A DNA stretch of 64,000 nt. Origin: Chloroflexota bacterium. Its GTDB lineage: Bacteria > Chloroflexota > UBA11872 > VXOZ01. The position numbers and the translations under genes were made by a program. Where the stretch lies: positions 585,875 to 649,874 of the forward strand of contig CAXXVD010000003.1 in assembly GCA_963662335.2 (NCBI GenBank), read 5' to 3'. Positions 9,755 to 18,947 of this stretch are shown piece after piece (the first letter of the stretch is position 1; the number at the start of each line of letters is the position of its first letter). Below the pieces are notes generated by a model. It made no database searches. It saw only the letters and a list, made by a program, of their open reading frames with translations, and had not been told where the DNA came from.

Positions 9755-10633
9755 ATGGCAACGACCCTGGAACGCAAACCGGACTGGATCCGCGTCCGCT
9801 GGAAAGAAGGCGACCAGTACCGCGAACTCAAGCAGATCATGCGCGGCATGGACCTGCACACGGTCTGCGAGGAGGCGCGCTGCCCGAACATCAGCGAGTG
9901 CTGGAATTCGCGCACGGCCACCTTCATGATTCTCGGCGATACCTGCACCCGCGCGTGCAGTTTCTGCGCGGTGAAGAGCGGACGTCCCGCCGGCCTGGAC
10001 AAGATCGAGCCCATCCGCGTGGCCTGGGCCGTGAAGCAAATGGGGTTGCGCCACGCCGTCATAACCTCTGTGGCGCGGGACGATTTAGAAGACGGCGGCG
10101 CGCAGGTTTTTTCCGAGACGATCCGCAAGGTGCGCGAACTCAACCCGGATTGCTCCATCGAGGTGCTCATTCCCGACCTGGGCGGCAAGCGCGACGCCCT
10201 GCAGGAGCTCGTGGCCGCCAAGCCGGAAATCCTGAACCACAACGTGGAGACCGTGCCCCGCCTGCAACGCCGGGTGCGCCCCAAAGCCCGCTACGAACGC
10301 AGCCACTGGGTGCTGCGCACCGCCAAGCAACTCGATCCGGACATCCTCACCAAGTCCGGCATGATGCTGGGCCTGGGCGAGACCTGGGATGAAATCCTGC
10401 AAACCCTCACCGACATGGCCGCCACCGGCGTGGACATCTTCACCATCGGCCAGTACCTGCGCCCCTCAAAGAAGCACCAGAAACTGGAACGCTACTACCG
10501 CCCCGCGGAATTCGCCGAACTCAAGCAAATCGGCGAGTCCCTCGGCATCCGCCACGTCGAATCCGGCCCCCTCGTCCGCTCCTCCTACCACGCCCGCGAC
10601 CAGGTGGAGACCCTGCACGACAAGGCAGAGTAG
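9755..10633 (+). CDS. lipA: Lipoyl synthase
   Basis: [25 protein letters not shown]. Confidence 0.98.
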   Translation: MATTLERKPDWIRVRWKEGDQYRELKQIMRGMDLHTVCEEARCPNISECWNSRTATFMILGDTCTRACSFCAVKSGRPAGLDKIEPIRVAWAVKQMGLRHAVITSVARDDLEDGGAQVFSETIRKVRELNPDCSIEVLIPDLGGKRDALQELVAAKPEILNHNVETVPRLQRRVRPKARYERSHWVLRTAKQLDPDILTKSGMMLGLGETWDEILQTLTDMAATGVDIFTIGQYLRPSKKHQKLERYYRPAEFAELKQIGESLGIRHVESGPLVRSSYHARDQVETLHDKAE

Positions 10634-10669
10634 CCAACCTTGTCGGAGACGTCGCTCCGCGCTCAACGT

Positions 10670-10696
10670 GTCATTCCGAGCGCAGCGAGGAATCTC
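10670..10696. repeat. REP-like palindrome, family B
   Basis: GTCATTCCGAGCGCAGCGAGGAATCTC. Confidence 0.85.
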
Positions 10697-10758
10697 GTGT
10701 GTAGGTTAAGCCTAAGTGCACAGGTGTTCTTTGGGCCACATCCGCTCGGCAGGACGCC

Positions 10759-11508
10759 ATGACACAATGGTTCGAGGACGAATCGCTCTGGATTGACACC
10801 TATCCGTGCATGTTTTCCCCGGCGCGCATCGCCGCCGCTGCGGAGGAGGTCGAGCCGCTACTACGGCTTGTTGGGGGAAAGCCGAAGTCAATCCTTGATC
10901 TCTGCTGCGGGCCGGGGCGGTTTGCCATTCCCTTGGCGCAGCGCGGCTTGCGCGTCACCGGCGTGGACCGGACGGCGTTCTTGCTCGAAAAGGCCAGAGA
11001 ACAGGCGGCCGCTGCGGACGTTGAGGTCGAATGGGTCCAAGACGACATGCGCACGTTCGTGCGGCCGGGGGCGTTCGACCTCGCCCTCAGTATGTTCACG
11101 TCATTCGGCTACTTCGACGACGAAGAAGACGACCTAACGGTGCTGCGCAACATCCACGAGAGCCTGCGCCCCGGCGGCGCGCTGGTGATGGACGTGGTGG
11201 GCAAGGAACTCGTGGCGCAAGCGTTCAAGCCCGCCGTCTCCCGCAAGCATCCGGACGGCGCCGTGGTGATCGACCGCCGCGAAGTCTATGCCGACTGGAC
11301 CCGCGTGCGCATGGAGTGGACGCTCATCCGGGGCGATTCCGTGCGCATGTACACCGTCCACCACACAGTCTACTCAGGGCAGGAACTCAAGGACCGCTTC
11401 ACGACCGCCGGCTTTGCGGACGTGAAGCTCTACGGCAGCACGGACGGCGCCCCCTACGACCGCCAGGCCGAGCGCCTCATCGCCATTGGCCGCAAGCCCA
11501 CTGCATGA
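10759..11508 (+). CDS. Class I SAM-dependent methyltransferase
   Basis: ILDLCCGPGR, SMFTSFGYF, LRPGG. Confidence 0.92.
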   Translation: MTQWFEDESLWIDTYPCMFSPARIAAAAEEVEPLLRLVGGKPKSILDLCCGPGRFAIPLAQRGLRVTGVDRTAFLLEKAREQAAAADVEVEWVQDDMRTFVRPGAFDLALSMFTSFGYFDDEEDDLTVLRNIHESLRPGGALVMDVVGKELVAQAFKPAVSRKHPDGAVVIDRREVYADWTRVRMEWTLIRGDSVRMYTVHHTVYSGQELKDRFTTAGFADVKLYGSTDGAPYDRQAERLIAIGRKPTA

Positions 11509-11751
11509 GTTTGGTGGGCTGTTGTCCAGCGCACGGCAATGCACATACAGTCTTACTGTCATAATCTGCCTATATTTCCATATGGGAAGCGCCCCGTCCC
11601 GAACGCCATGCGATAATGGACTCAACCCTTACGTGCGGCGCGTAGTGGCGCTATCCAATGTATGAGGCGAAGCTCTGGCGCGCAGCACTGTTTCTCGCAC
11701 CGAACAGAGCGATGGCTTTCACGTGTGGGAGGGAGCAAGTTGGCACAGCAG

Positions 11752-12060
11752 ATGCAGGCCACACCGCAAATCCCGGTGCCGCGGGAGCAGATTGCCGTGA
11801 TCTGCCGCCGGTACCACATTCGCACCTTGGCGCTTTTCGGCTCCGTGTTGCGGGATGACTTCACAGCCGAAAGCGACGTTGACGTGCTGGTGGAGTTCGA
11901 GCCGGGACGGACGCCGGGGTTCTTCACGCTGGCCCGCATTGAGCGGGAGCTTTCGCCGCTCCTAGGTGGGCGTAAAGTAGACGTTCGCACTCCGCAAGAT
12001 CTATCCCGATACTTCCGTAGCGAAGTAGTCAATTCGGCATATCCGGTCTATGGAGACTAA
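11752..12060 (+). CDS. Minimal nucleotidyltransferase (MntA-like antitoxin)
   Basis: GS-x10-DxD (GSVLRDDFTAESDVD); alternative TTG start at 11740. Confidence 0.9.
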   Translation: MQATPQIPVPREQIAVICRRYHIRTLALFGSVLRDDFTAESDVDVLVEFEPGRTPGFFTLARIERELSPLLGGRKVDVRTPQDLSRYFRSEVVNSAYPVYGD

Positions 12061-12382
12061 TGACAGTGCGCGGCTGCGCCACATGCTGGAGGCGGCGCAA
12101 GAAGCGCTTGAATTCACTCAAGACGCCACGCGCGAGGACCTGGACTCGAGTCCCTTGTTGAAGCACGCGCTCGTATACTGCCTGCTCATCGTCGGCGAGG
12201 CGGCGCGGAATGTCTCTCCGGAGACCCGCCGTGCGTATCCTGCCATCCCGTGGCAAGACATCATCGGCATGCGCAACAGACTCGTTCACGTCTACTTTGA
12301 CATCAACCTCGATGTCGTCTGGCAGACCGTGCAAGAGGACTTGCCGCCGCTGATCGATGAACTAGAGAAGCCTCAATCGTGA
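12050..12382 (+). CDS. HEPN/DUF86 RNase toxin (HepT-like)
   Basis: Rx4HxY motif RNRLVHVY; IVGEAA, IPW; overlaps the MNT gene. Confidence 0.9.
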   Translation: METNDSARLRHMLEAAQEALEFTQDATREDLDSSPLLKHALVYCLLIVGEAARNVSPETRRAYPAIPWQDIIGMRNRLVHVYFDINLDVVWQTVQEDLPPLIDELEKPQS

Positions 12383-13152
12383 ATGCCGGATCGGCCGCTC
12401 CGCAGCCCCACCCGTGTGCCCTGATACAACTCGGCACGGCGCCGTACCGCACGGCGTGGGAGTTGCAGCGCCGCTTGGTGGCCGCGCGGCACGCGGGCGC
12501 TATCCCCGACGTTGTGCTGCTGCTGGAGCATCCGCACACCTACACGCTCGGCCGCCGGGGTGACGACAGCGAGGTACTCGCCTCGCCGTCGCATCTGCGC
12601 GCGCTGGGCGCGGAAGTGGTGGCAGTAGATCGCGGCGGGCTGGCGACCTATCACGGACCGGGGCAATTGGTGGGGTATCCCATCCTGGACCTGCGCCCGC
12701 GCGATCGCGACGCGCGCCGCTACTTGCGTGACCTGGAAGGGGCGCTCATCAACACGTTGCGGGAGTGCGGCATAGCGGCACGGCGCGTGGAGCGGATGAC
12801 GGGCGTGTGGGTGGCCGACCGCAAGATCGCCTCGATCGGCGTGCGCTTCAGCCGCTGGATCACCAGCCACGGCTTCGCCCTCAACGTCACCACCGACCTC
12901 AGCTACTTCGACCACATCGTGCCGTGCGGCATGCCCGCGGTCACGATGACGTCTGTTGCGCGAGAACTCGGTTCTGCGCGGCATGAGACGCGCGCGCATG
13001 CAGTTGGGGTAACCGACATGGCTCGCCTCCGCGCCCGCGTGGCGCACCACTTGGCGCAGGTCTTCTCGCTCCATTACCTCGATGATTTCCCTCCCGAATT
13101 GGACAAAGCCCTTGCTATGGGCCATGCAGACCCAGTGGCAGCGCTCCGGTAG
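12379..13152 (+). CDS. lipB: Octanoyltransferase LipB
   Basis: LEHPHTYTLG, DRGGLATYHGPGQLVGY, KIASIG, HGFALN, IVPCG. Confidence 0.96.
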   Translation: MNAGSAAPQPHPCALIQLGTAPYRTAWELQRRLVAARHAGAIPDVVLLLEHPHTYTLGRRGDDSEVLASPSHLRALGAEVVAVDRGGLATYHGPGQLVGYPILDLRPRDRDARRYLRDLEGALINTLRECGIAARRVERMTGVWVADRKIASIGVRFSRWITSHGFALNVTTDLSYFDHIVPCGMPAVTMTSVARELGSARHETRAHAVGVTDMARLRARVAHHLAQVFSLHYLDDFPPELDKALAMGHADPVAALR

Positions 13153-13385
13153 ACGTTACCGCTACAAGACCGGAAGCTCGACGAAGGGCATCGCTTGGCC
13201 GGTTGCAGTCGTCGAGAGCCTCTCGCTCCAATCCACGAGCGGCTCACTGCGCAAGTCTCGGAATTGCACAGAGGCGGATTGCAGGCAGAAAACTGACTTG
13301 CCCGCAGCCGCCAAGCGGAGTACACTTGCGCTCAATACGGCGAATGCAACCAGACCGTCCCGCACCGGCCCACTAAGCGCAGCCC

Positions 13386-14621
13386 ATGGCATCCACGACC
13401 CAGCCGACACGCTCAAACCTCTACGCCGTTACCTGGGTTGCCATGTCCGCCTTCTTCGTCATCCTCTTCTTTAACGTGGGGGCCGGCAATCCGCCGCGCG
13501 CGCAATTGCCGGTCTACGTGGAAAGCGAATTGGCCGCGGCGCCAATCGTCACCTCGATAGTCCAATCCACGTTTCACATCGTCTTTGCGGCCATGCTGCT
13601 GGTGGGCGGCTTTCTGGCCGATCGGTTTCGTCCCAAGCGCACCTTCATCATTGGCTTGCTCACGCCGGCGGTGGCCGGATTCTTGCTGATTGCGCAGGAA
13701 GTCTGGCTGCTCGCGCTCGTGGCCGCGCTCACCGGCACGTTCTTCGCTTTCCACGCCGCCGGCAGCCGGGCCTACCTCGTGCTGGCGGTGCCGCTCAAGC
13801 GGATGGGGGTGCTGGGTAACCTGTATGAACTTGGCTTCACCTTGGGCGCGGCCATTGGGAACGCCGCGGTTGGCTTTGTCGCCGCCCGTTCCGGTTTCCC
13901 TCTCGCCGGCGCAATCATCGTCGTCATGGGTTTGGTCACCGCCCTGGCCGCGCAAATCTGGCTGCCGCCGGTCGCGCCCAAGGTCGTGAGCGCCGCTCCC
14001 GTCACTCTGGGCAGCTATTGGCAGTTGGCGCGGCGGCGCTCCGTGCAACTCTTGCTCCTGCTGCGCGGCCTGCCGACGATCTATTGGGCTACCGGGCAAT
14101 TGGTGATCGGAATCCAACTCCTGCGGCTTACGGGGTCTCCGGTTGCGCCGGCGCTCTTCTACGCGGTGAGCCTGCTGGCAATCGGCACGACCATGATGCC
14201 GGTGGGTTGGGCCGCCGACCGGTGGGGCAGCGGCTTGCCGGTGCTCGCGTCTACCGTGCTCGTAATCATTGGGGCGGTATTGGCGGCCATCTTCGTCAAC
14301 CATGTCTGGGGCCTGGTCTGTGGAGCTTTCGTTGGACACCTGGGCGCGTGGTGGCTCTCCGGCCTCTTTCCGCTCCTGGTCGCCGAAAGCGGCACGCACG
14401 ATGAACAGGGCCGCCTCGTGGCCGTCACGGAAATGGCGTGGAACATTGGCGCGGTGATAGGCGCTTTGGGAGCCGGGGCGCTCCTGTCCGTCCATCTCAG
14501 CGGGCCGTTCCTGGCGGCGGCGTGGCTGAATATCCCCACGTTCTTCATTGCCATGCTCGTGGCGGGCGGCGGGCACCGGTCCGCCGCACCCGCGCCGGCG
14601 GCCGCGGGCGAAACCGCGTAA
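13386..14621 (+). CDS. MFS transporter
   Basis: About 12 TM; motif A-like GFLADRF and GWAADRWG. Confidence 0.88.
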   Translation: MASTTQPTRSNLYAVTWVAMSAFFVILFFNVGAGNPPRAQLPVYVESELAAAPIVTSIVQSTFHIVFAAMLLVGGFLADRFRPKRTFIIGLLTPAVAGFLLIAQEVWLLALVAALTGTFFAFHAAGSRAYLVLAVPLKRMGVLGNLYELGFTLGAAIGNAAVGFVAARSGFPLAGAIIVVMGLVTALAAQIWLPPVAPKVVSAAPVTLGSYWQLARRRSVQLLLLLRGLPTIYWATGQLVIGIQLLRLTGSPVAPALFYAVSLLAIGTTMMPVGWAADRWGSGLPVLASTVLVIIGAVLAAIFVNHVWGLVCGAFVGHLGAWWLSGLFPLLVAESGTHDEQGRLVAVTEMAWNIGAVIGALGAGALLSVHLSGPFLAAAWLNIPTFFIAMLVAGGGHRSAAPAPAAAGETA

Positions 14622-14654
14622 GGCACACAGCAGTCTAGGAAGCAGGTACGCTAA

Positions 14655-15899
14655 ATGGTTGCAGGTTTGCGCGCGCGCATGGGCCGGTTCGCCTCATGGC
14701 GCTCGGTATTGATCATGTTCGGCCTGCTCTTTCTCAACCTGACCTTCACGAGTCCGGCGCAGGGCTTGATACCGGTCTTCGTTGAAAAGGTACTGGAACG
14801 CCCGCCCTTCTTTACCTCGATTGTTGTCTCGCTGCACACGGTCGTTTACGGCGCGATGCTCTTGGTGGGCGGCGTGTTGGCCGACCGGCTGGGGGCAAAG
14901 TGGACGCTCGTGCTGGGATTCTGCGGGGCGATCGCCGTGGGTCTCATGTTGGGATTGCAGTCGCCGTGGTGGCTGCTCATCATCGCGCCGGTCTACGGCC
15001 TGCTCTTCTCGCTCATGACCATCGGCAGCCGTACCTATCTCGCGCGCGCCCTGCCCTTGGTGCAAATGGGCATCGGCGGCGCGCTCTACTTCTTGTGCCT
15101 CACGATATCCATGGCGGTAGGCAGCGCGCTTGGCGGCAGGATCGCCGATACGGCGGGTTTTGCCACCTTGGGCGTGATTGCCATCGTCGCCGGCATCGTG
15201 CTCGTGCCGCTGACCGCTTGGCTCTTGCCTTCCGTAGAGGCACAAACCGAGGACTCGGAGTCCGGTGAAGATGCGCCGGCAAGCAAGGCGGCGTTTGCGG
15301 ACTACGTGGGCATGTTGCGCGACTCGCGCATCCTCTCCCTCTGCGGCCTGCGCTTCTGCGCTACGTATTTCTACGGCACCATGAATTTGCTTTTGGTGCT
15401 GCAGATCTTTCGGCTCACGGATTCGGTCACGTTCGTCGGCCTGTACGGCAGCGCGATTCTGTTCATCATCGGGCCGACCCAGCTTGTGATCGGCTGGGCG
15501 GCGGACAAACACGGCCGCGCCGCGCCGGTGCGCCTGGCAGCCGTGTTCGTGCTGAGCGGCGCCGTGCTCATTACGCTCTTCATCAACCACGTCTGGGCGC
15601 TGGCCGCCAGCGGCCTGCTGGCCAACATGGGCGCGTGGTGGTTCTCAGGGCTCTATCCCAAGCTGGTGGCGGAGGCCGGCCCGGCGGAGGAACAGGGACG
15701 CCTCATTGCCATCACCGAGTTCTTCTGGGCGGTGGGCATCCTGGCGGGCACCCTCATCTCCGGCGCGCTGGTGTCGGTCTTCCTGCGGCTGCCCTTCATC
15801 GTCTGCATACTGGTGACGATTCCGATGTTCCTGCTGGCCATGCTGGTGGCCCGCGGCTACCACCGACCGCCTGAGAGAAAGACCGGCGCCGAAAGTTGA
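14655..15899 (+). CDS. MFS transporter, paralogue of the upstream gene
   Basis: GVLADRLG, GWAADKHGR; shares GAWW.SGL.P.LVAE and EQGRL.A.TE with its neighbour. Confidence 0.88.
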   Translation: MVAGLRARMGRFASWRSVLIMFGLLFLNLTFTSPAQGLIPVFVEKVLERPPFFTSIVVSLHTVVYGAMLLVGGVLADRLGAKWTLVLGFCGAIAVGLMLGLQSPWWLLIIAPVYGLLFSLMTIGSRTYLARALPLVQMGIGGALYFLCLTISMAVGSALGGRIADTAGFATLGVIAIVAGIVLVPLTAWLLPSVEAQTEDSESGEDAPASKAAFADYVGMLRDSRILSLCGLRFCATYFYGTMNLLLVLQIFRLTDSVTFVGLYGSAILFIIGPTQLVIGWAADKHGRAAPVRLAAVFVLSGAVLITLFINHVWALAASGLLANMGAWWFSGLYPKLVAEAGPAEEQGRLIAITEFFWAVGILAGTLISGALVSVFLRLPFIVCILVTIPMFLLAMLVARGYHRPPERKTGAES

Positions 15900-16205
15900 T
15901 TAGTTTGATTCATTGACAGCGTAGTCGGCTGCTGTAAGGAGGCTTGGCAACCGCGTGCAGACCCTCACCGTCGCCATCTGCTCTCGGCGCCGGCGCAGGA
16001 GCGGCTCGTAGGCGCTGATCTTGAGGATGCGACCGTAATGGCGGCAGCAACCAGGCCTACTCACGACTGAAGGGTTTCACTGGCATCGGTGCTCCCTCAC
16101 GACTAGCTGTTTCAACTCCCCACCTCCTTCCTCTCTACGGCAATATACAGAGGTATGCGCTATTCTGGGACAGTCTCCACAGGGAGAGGTAAGGAGATTC
16201 CTCAA

Positions 16206-16850
16206 GTGACGCAAACACGGGAAGATCCCGCCCGCTGGCTCATCGTTGGGCTGGGAAACCCGGAGAAGAAATACGCCGCCAACCGGCACAACGTCGGGTT
16301 CTGCGTGCTTGACCGGCTCGCGGCCGAGGCCGGCGTCTCCATCACGGACCGGCGCTTTCAAGGATGGTTCGGCCGGGCGGCCGTGGGGCGGCATGCCCTG
16401 CTGCTCCTGAAGCCGGCGACGTTCATGAACGCCAGCGGCGGCGCGGCGGCCCAGGCGGCGCGGTTCTACAAGATCCCGCCGGCGCAGGTCGTGGTGGTCT
16501 ACGACGACATCGACCTGGAGTTCGCGCGGTTGCGCCTCCGCGCTGGGGGCAGCCACGGCGGGCATCGCGGCGTCGAATCCGTCATCGACGCGCTGGGCAC
16601 ACGCGACTTTCTGCGCCTGCGGGTCGGCGTGGGGCGTCCGCCGGCGGGCATGGATCCGATTGCCCACGTGCTCAGCGACTTCTCGGCGACAGAACAGCCG
16701 GCAATCGAGAAGACGCTAGAGGAGGCGGTGGAGGCGGCGTTGAGCCTCGTCATGGATGGTTTAGAGAAGACCATGACCCACTTTAACCGCCGCGCGGCGG
16801 CCGTCGCTCAGCCAAGCGCGTGCAAGGAGCCGCAAGCGGCTCAGCAGTGA
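16206..16850 (+). CDS. pth: Peptidyl-tRNA hydrolase
   Basis: LIVGLGNP, RHNVGF, KPATFMNASG, YDDIDL, GGHRG, RLRVGVGRP; GTG start after AAGGAG. Confidence 0.97.
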   Translation: MTQTREDPARWLIVGLGNPEKKYAANRHNVGFCVLDRLAAEAGVSITDRRFQGWFGRAAVGRHALLLLKPATFMNASGGAAAQAARFYKIPPAQVVVVYDDIDLEFARLRLRAGGSHGGHRGVESVIDALGTRDFLRLRVGVGRPPAGMDPIAHVLSDFSATEQPAIEKTLEEAVEAALSLVMDGLEKTMTHFNRRAAAVAQPSACKEPQAAQQ

Positions 16851-16935
16851 ACGGGCGCCTGTTTGCGCTGCGCCGTGATTGCGCGAGGGATATCGCAATC
16901 GAATCCGTCATGGCCATGAAAACAGCGCAACTGAG

Positions 16936-17081
16936 TCCGTCATTCCCGCGAAAGCGGGAATCCATCGGCAGGGCGGCGAAGATGGATTCCCGCTTTCGCG
17001 GGAATGACGGATCGGCGGGCGGCCCCGCATTCGCGAGAATGACGGACCGGAAGCCGACACTCGCATTCGCCCGGCACGACA
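16936..17081. repeat. Family A REP doublet plus two degenerate extra right arms
   Basis: Doublet 16936-17011; right-arm echoes at 17024-17046 and 17060-17081. Confidence 0.8.
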
Positions 17082-17096
17082 CTGAGAGTAGACGCG

Positions 17097-17139
17097 CACA
17101 AGCGCAGGGGCGGTTCGTTCAACCGCCCCTGCGCTTGTG
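17097..17139. terminator. Perfect 19-bp stem hairpin between convergent genes (terminator or GTAG-REP variant)
   Basis: CACAAGCGCAGGGGCGGTT-cgttc-AACCGCCCCTGCGCTTGTG; no U-tract. Confidence 0.55.
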
Positions 17140-17217
17140 ATTGTTGGACTTCCGTGCTTGGCGTGAAGTAGTCATGCCGCGCGCAATACAGGCGCGCCGC
17201 GTTCACGCTGCCGGTCT

Positions 17218-18597
17218 CTAGCCAAACTCAGCGATGAAGTCGTCCATCGCCGTTTGCGCCTGCTCCTCGAACGTGCGCATACCCTCGGCGACCGTGACCT
17301 CATTGCGCATGATCGCCTGCAAGTTCCTGCTGGTGATCGGCAGGATGTCACCCGCGCCGGGCACGCTCACGACGAAGCGCGCGCCCACCATCACGTCGAT
17401 GGCCAGCTTGCGCAGTTTGTCGTCGCCAATGTACGCATCGCTCTGGGCAACGCTATTACGCACCGGGATGCGGTCCATGGCAATCGACCAGCGCAGGTTG
17501 ACGTCCGCGCCGTACATGAAGTCGGCCCAGGCGAAACCGCCGTCGGGGTTGCTGCTGCCGTTGGGCAGGCAGAACGCCCAGTCGCCGGAATAGGTGGCCG
17601 GCAGGGCCGTGCTGGGATCCAGCGCCGGGTATGGCCCAAAGTCGTAGTCGAGGCCTTCGGCGTAAGGACCGAGGGAGGCACGGGTAGCATTGGTCAGATA
17701 CATGTAGGTATTGCCGCCGCTGCCGTACTCCTGCAAGCGGTTCTCAAACGTGCCGTGGAACTCGCGCACCTTGTCGTAACCGCCCTGGCTGTCCAGGACT
17801 TTCTTGAGCCAATCCACGGTGTTGATCGCCATGTCGTTGTTGACCTGGATCTTGGTCCGGTCCGGGCTGAGCATCTCGCCGCCCTGCTGCCAGTAGCCGA
17901 CCATCCAGGTGTGGATGCCGCCGGAGCCGCGGAACGGGTCCCAGCCGAGACGGGCGATGTTGTCGCCCTCGACCTTGTGTACCTTGAGCAGCGCCTCGTC
18001 CATCTCTTCCCGCGAGGCCGGCGGGGTCTCGGGATCGAGGCCGGCTTCCAGCGAGTGGTCCACGTTCAGATAGATGACGCGGGCGTCGATGCTATAGCTG
18101 ATGCCGTAGGTCTGGCCGGCCCACTGCATGGCCTCGTACTTGCCCGGCCAGAGATCGTCCAACGGCACGTTGGCCGAGGCGGCGATGTAGGCGTCCATCG
18201 GCCGCACGAGTTCCAGCAGACCCCATTGGGGCTGGATGTAGGACTGGGTCTTGGAGTTGTCGGGCGCAACACCCGCCGCCACCACGGTGGGAATGTCGCC
18301 AAAACCGCCGTTGCCGCGAATGAGCGGCACCAACGTGTAGTTGGTGGTCTCGTCGAATTCCGCGCGGATCTGCATGGGAATCTCTTCGCGGTCGAAATTC
18401 CACGGATCAAAGCCGGTGTACCAGAAGACCACCGGCGACTTCTCCATGGACGGCGCCCCGGCCTCTTCCTTGGCTTCCGGCGCGGCCTCTTCCGCCATGT
18501 CTCCGGTGCCGGCTGCCGCGCCGCAGGCCGCGAGCAGCGCACCCGCGCCGGTTACGGCGGCCGCGCCGAGGAATTGTCGTCTGGACAGTGATGCCAT
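17218..18597 (-). CDS. ABC sugar-type extracellular solute-binding lipoprotein (Tat signal), pair 1a
   Basis: SRRQFL, lipobox LAAC, family-1 SBP-like body. Confidence 0.88.
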   Translation of the reverse strand: MASLSRRQFLGAAAVTGAGALLAACGAAAGTGDMAEEAAPEAKEEAGAPSMEKSPVVFWYTGFDPWNFDREEIPMQIRAEFDETTNYTLVPLIRGNGGFGDIPTVVAAGVAPDNSKTQSYIQPQWGLLELVRPMDAYIAASANVPLDDLWPGKYEAMQWAGQTYGISYSIDARVIYLNVDHSLEAGLDPETPPASREEMDEALLKVHKVEGDNIARLGWDPFRGSGGIHTWMVGYWQQGGEMLSPDRTKIQVNNDMAINTVDWLKKVLDSQGGYDKVREFHGTFENRLQEYGSGGNTYMYLTNATRASLGPYAEGLDYDFGPYPALDPSTALPATYSGDWAFCLPNGSSNPDGGFAWADFMYGADVNLRWSIAMDRIPVRNSVAQSDAYIGDDKLRKLAIDVMVGARFVVSVPGAGDILPITSRNLQAIMRNEVTVAEGMRTFEEQAQTAMDDFIAEFG

Positions 18598-18724
18598 TGC
18601 GTTCCCCCTCCTGGGTAGAGAACTACTCTCGAACTCTCTCTGCATTCTCTAGCAATAGGCGCGCGCTCCGCGGTGGTTTCCTCCACCGCCAATGCGCACG
18701 TCTCACCAGGAATGCTTGGTAGTA

Positions 18725-18754
18725 ATTCTAGACACATAGTCCGTCAATTTGCAA
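18725..18754 (-). promoter_or_regulatory. Sigma70-like promoter TTGCAA-N18-TAGAAT
   Basis: Same hexamers and spacing kept upstream of the paralogue (20463-20492). Confidence 0.6.
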
Positions 18755-18947
18755 GACTCTGCAACGGAAATGTCTCGCCAAAGATCGCCTCATGCAGGCG
18801 GCGGCACGCTTCGTTCAAAAGCAAAACCAGCGTGCCCAGGGTCTTTGCGACCCGTAGACACGCCAGTTCATGTCTGACTGCGAGCGGTGGAGAGAGAATT
18901 CGCGCCTGACGAATTTCAGCGCCAATTCCTCACGTCACTGTCAGTGT

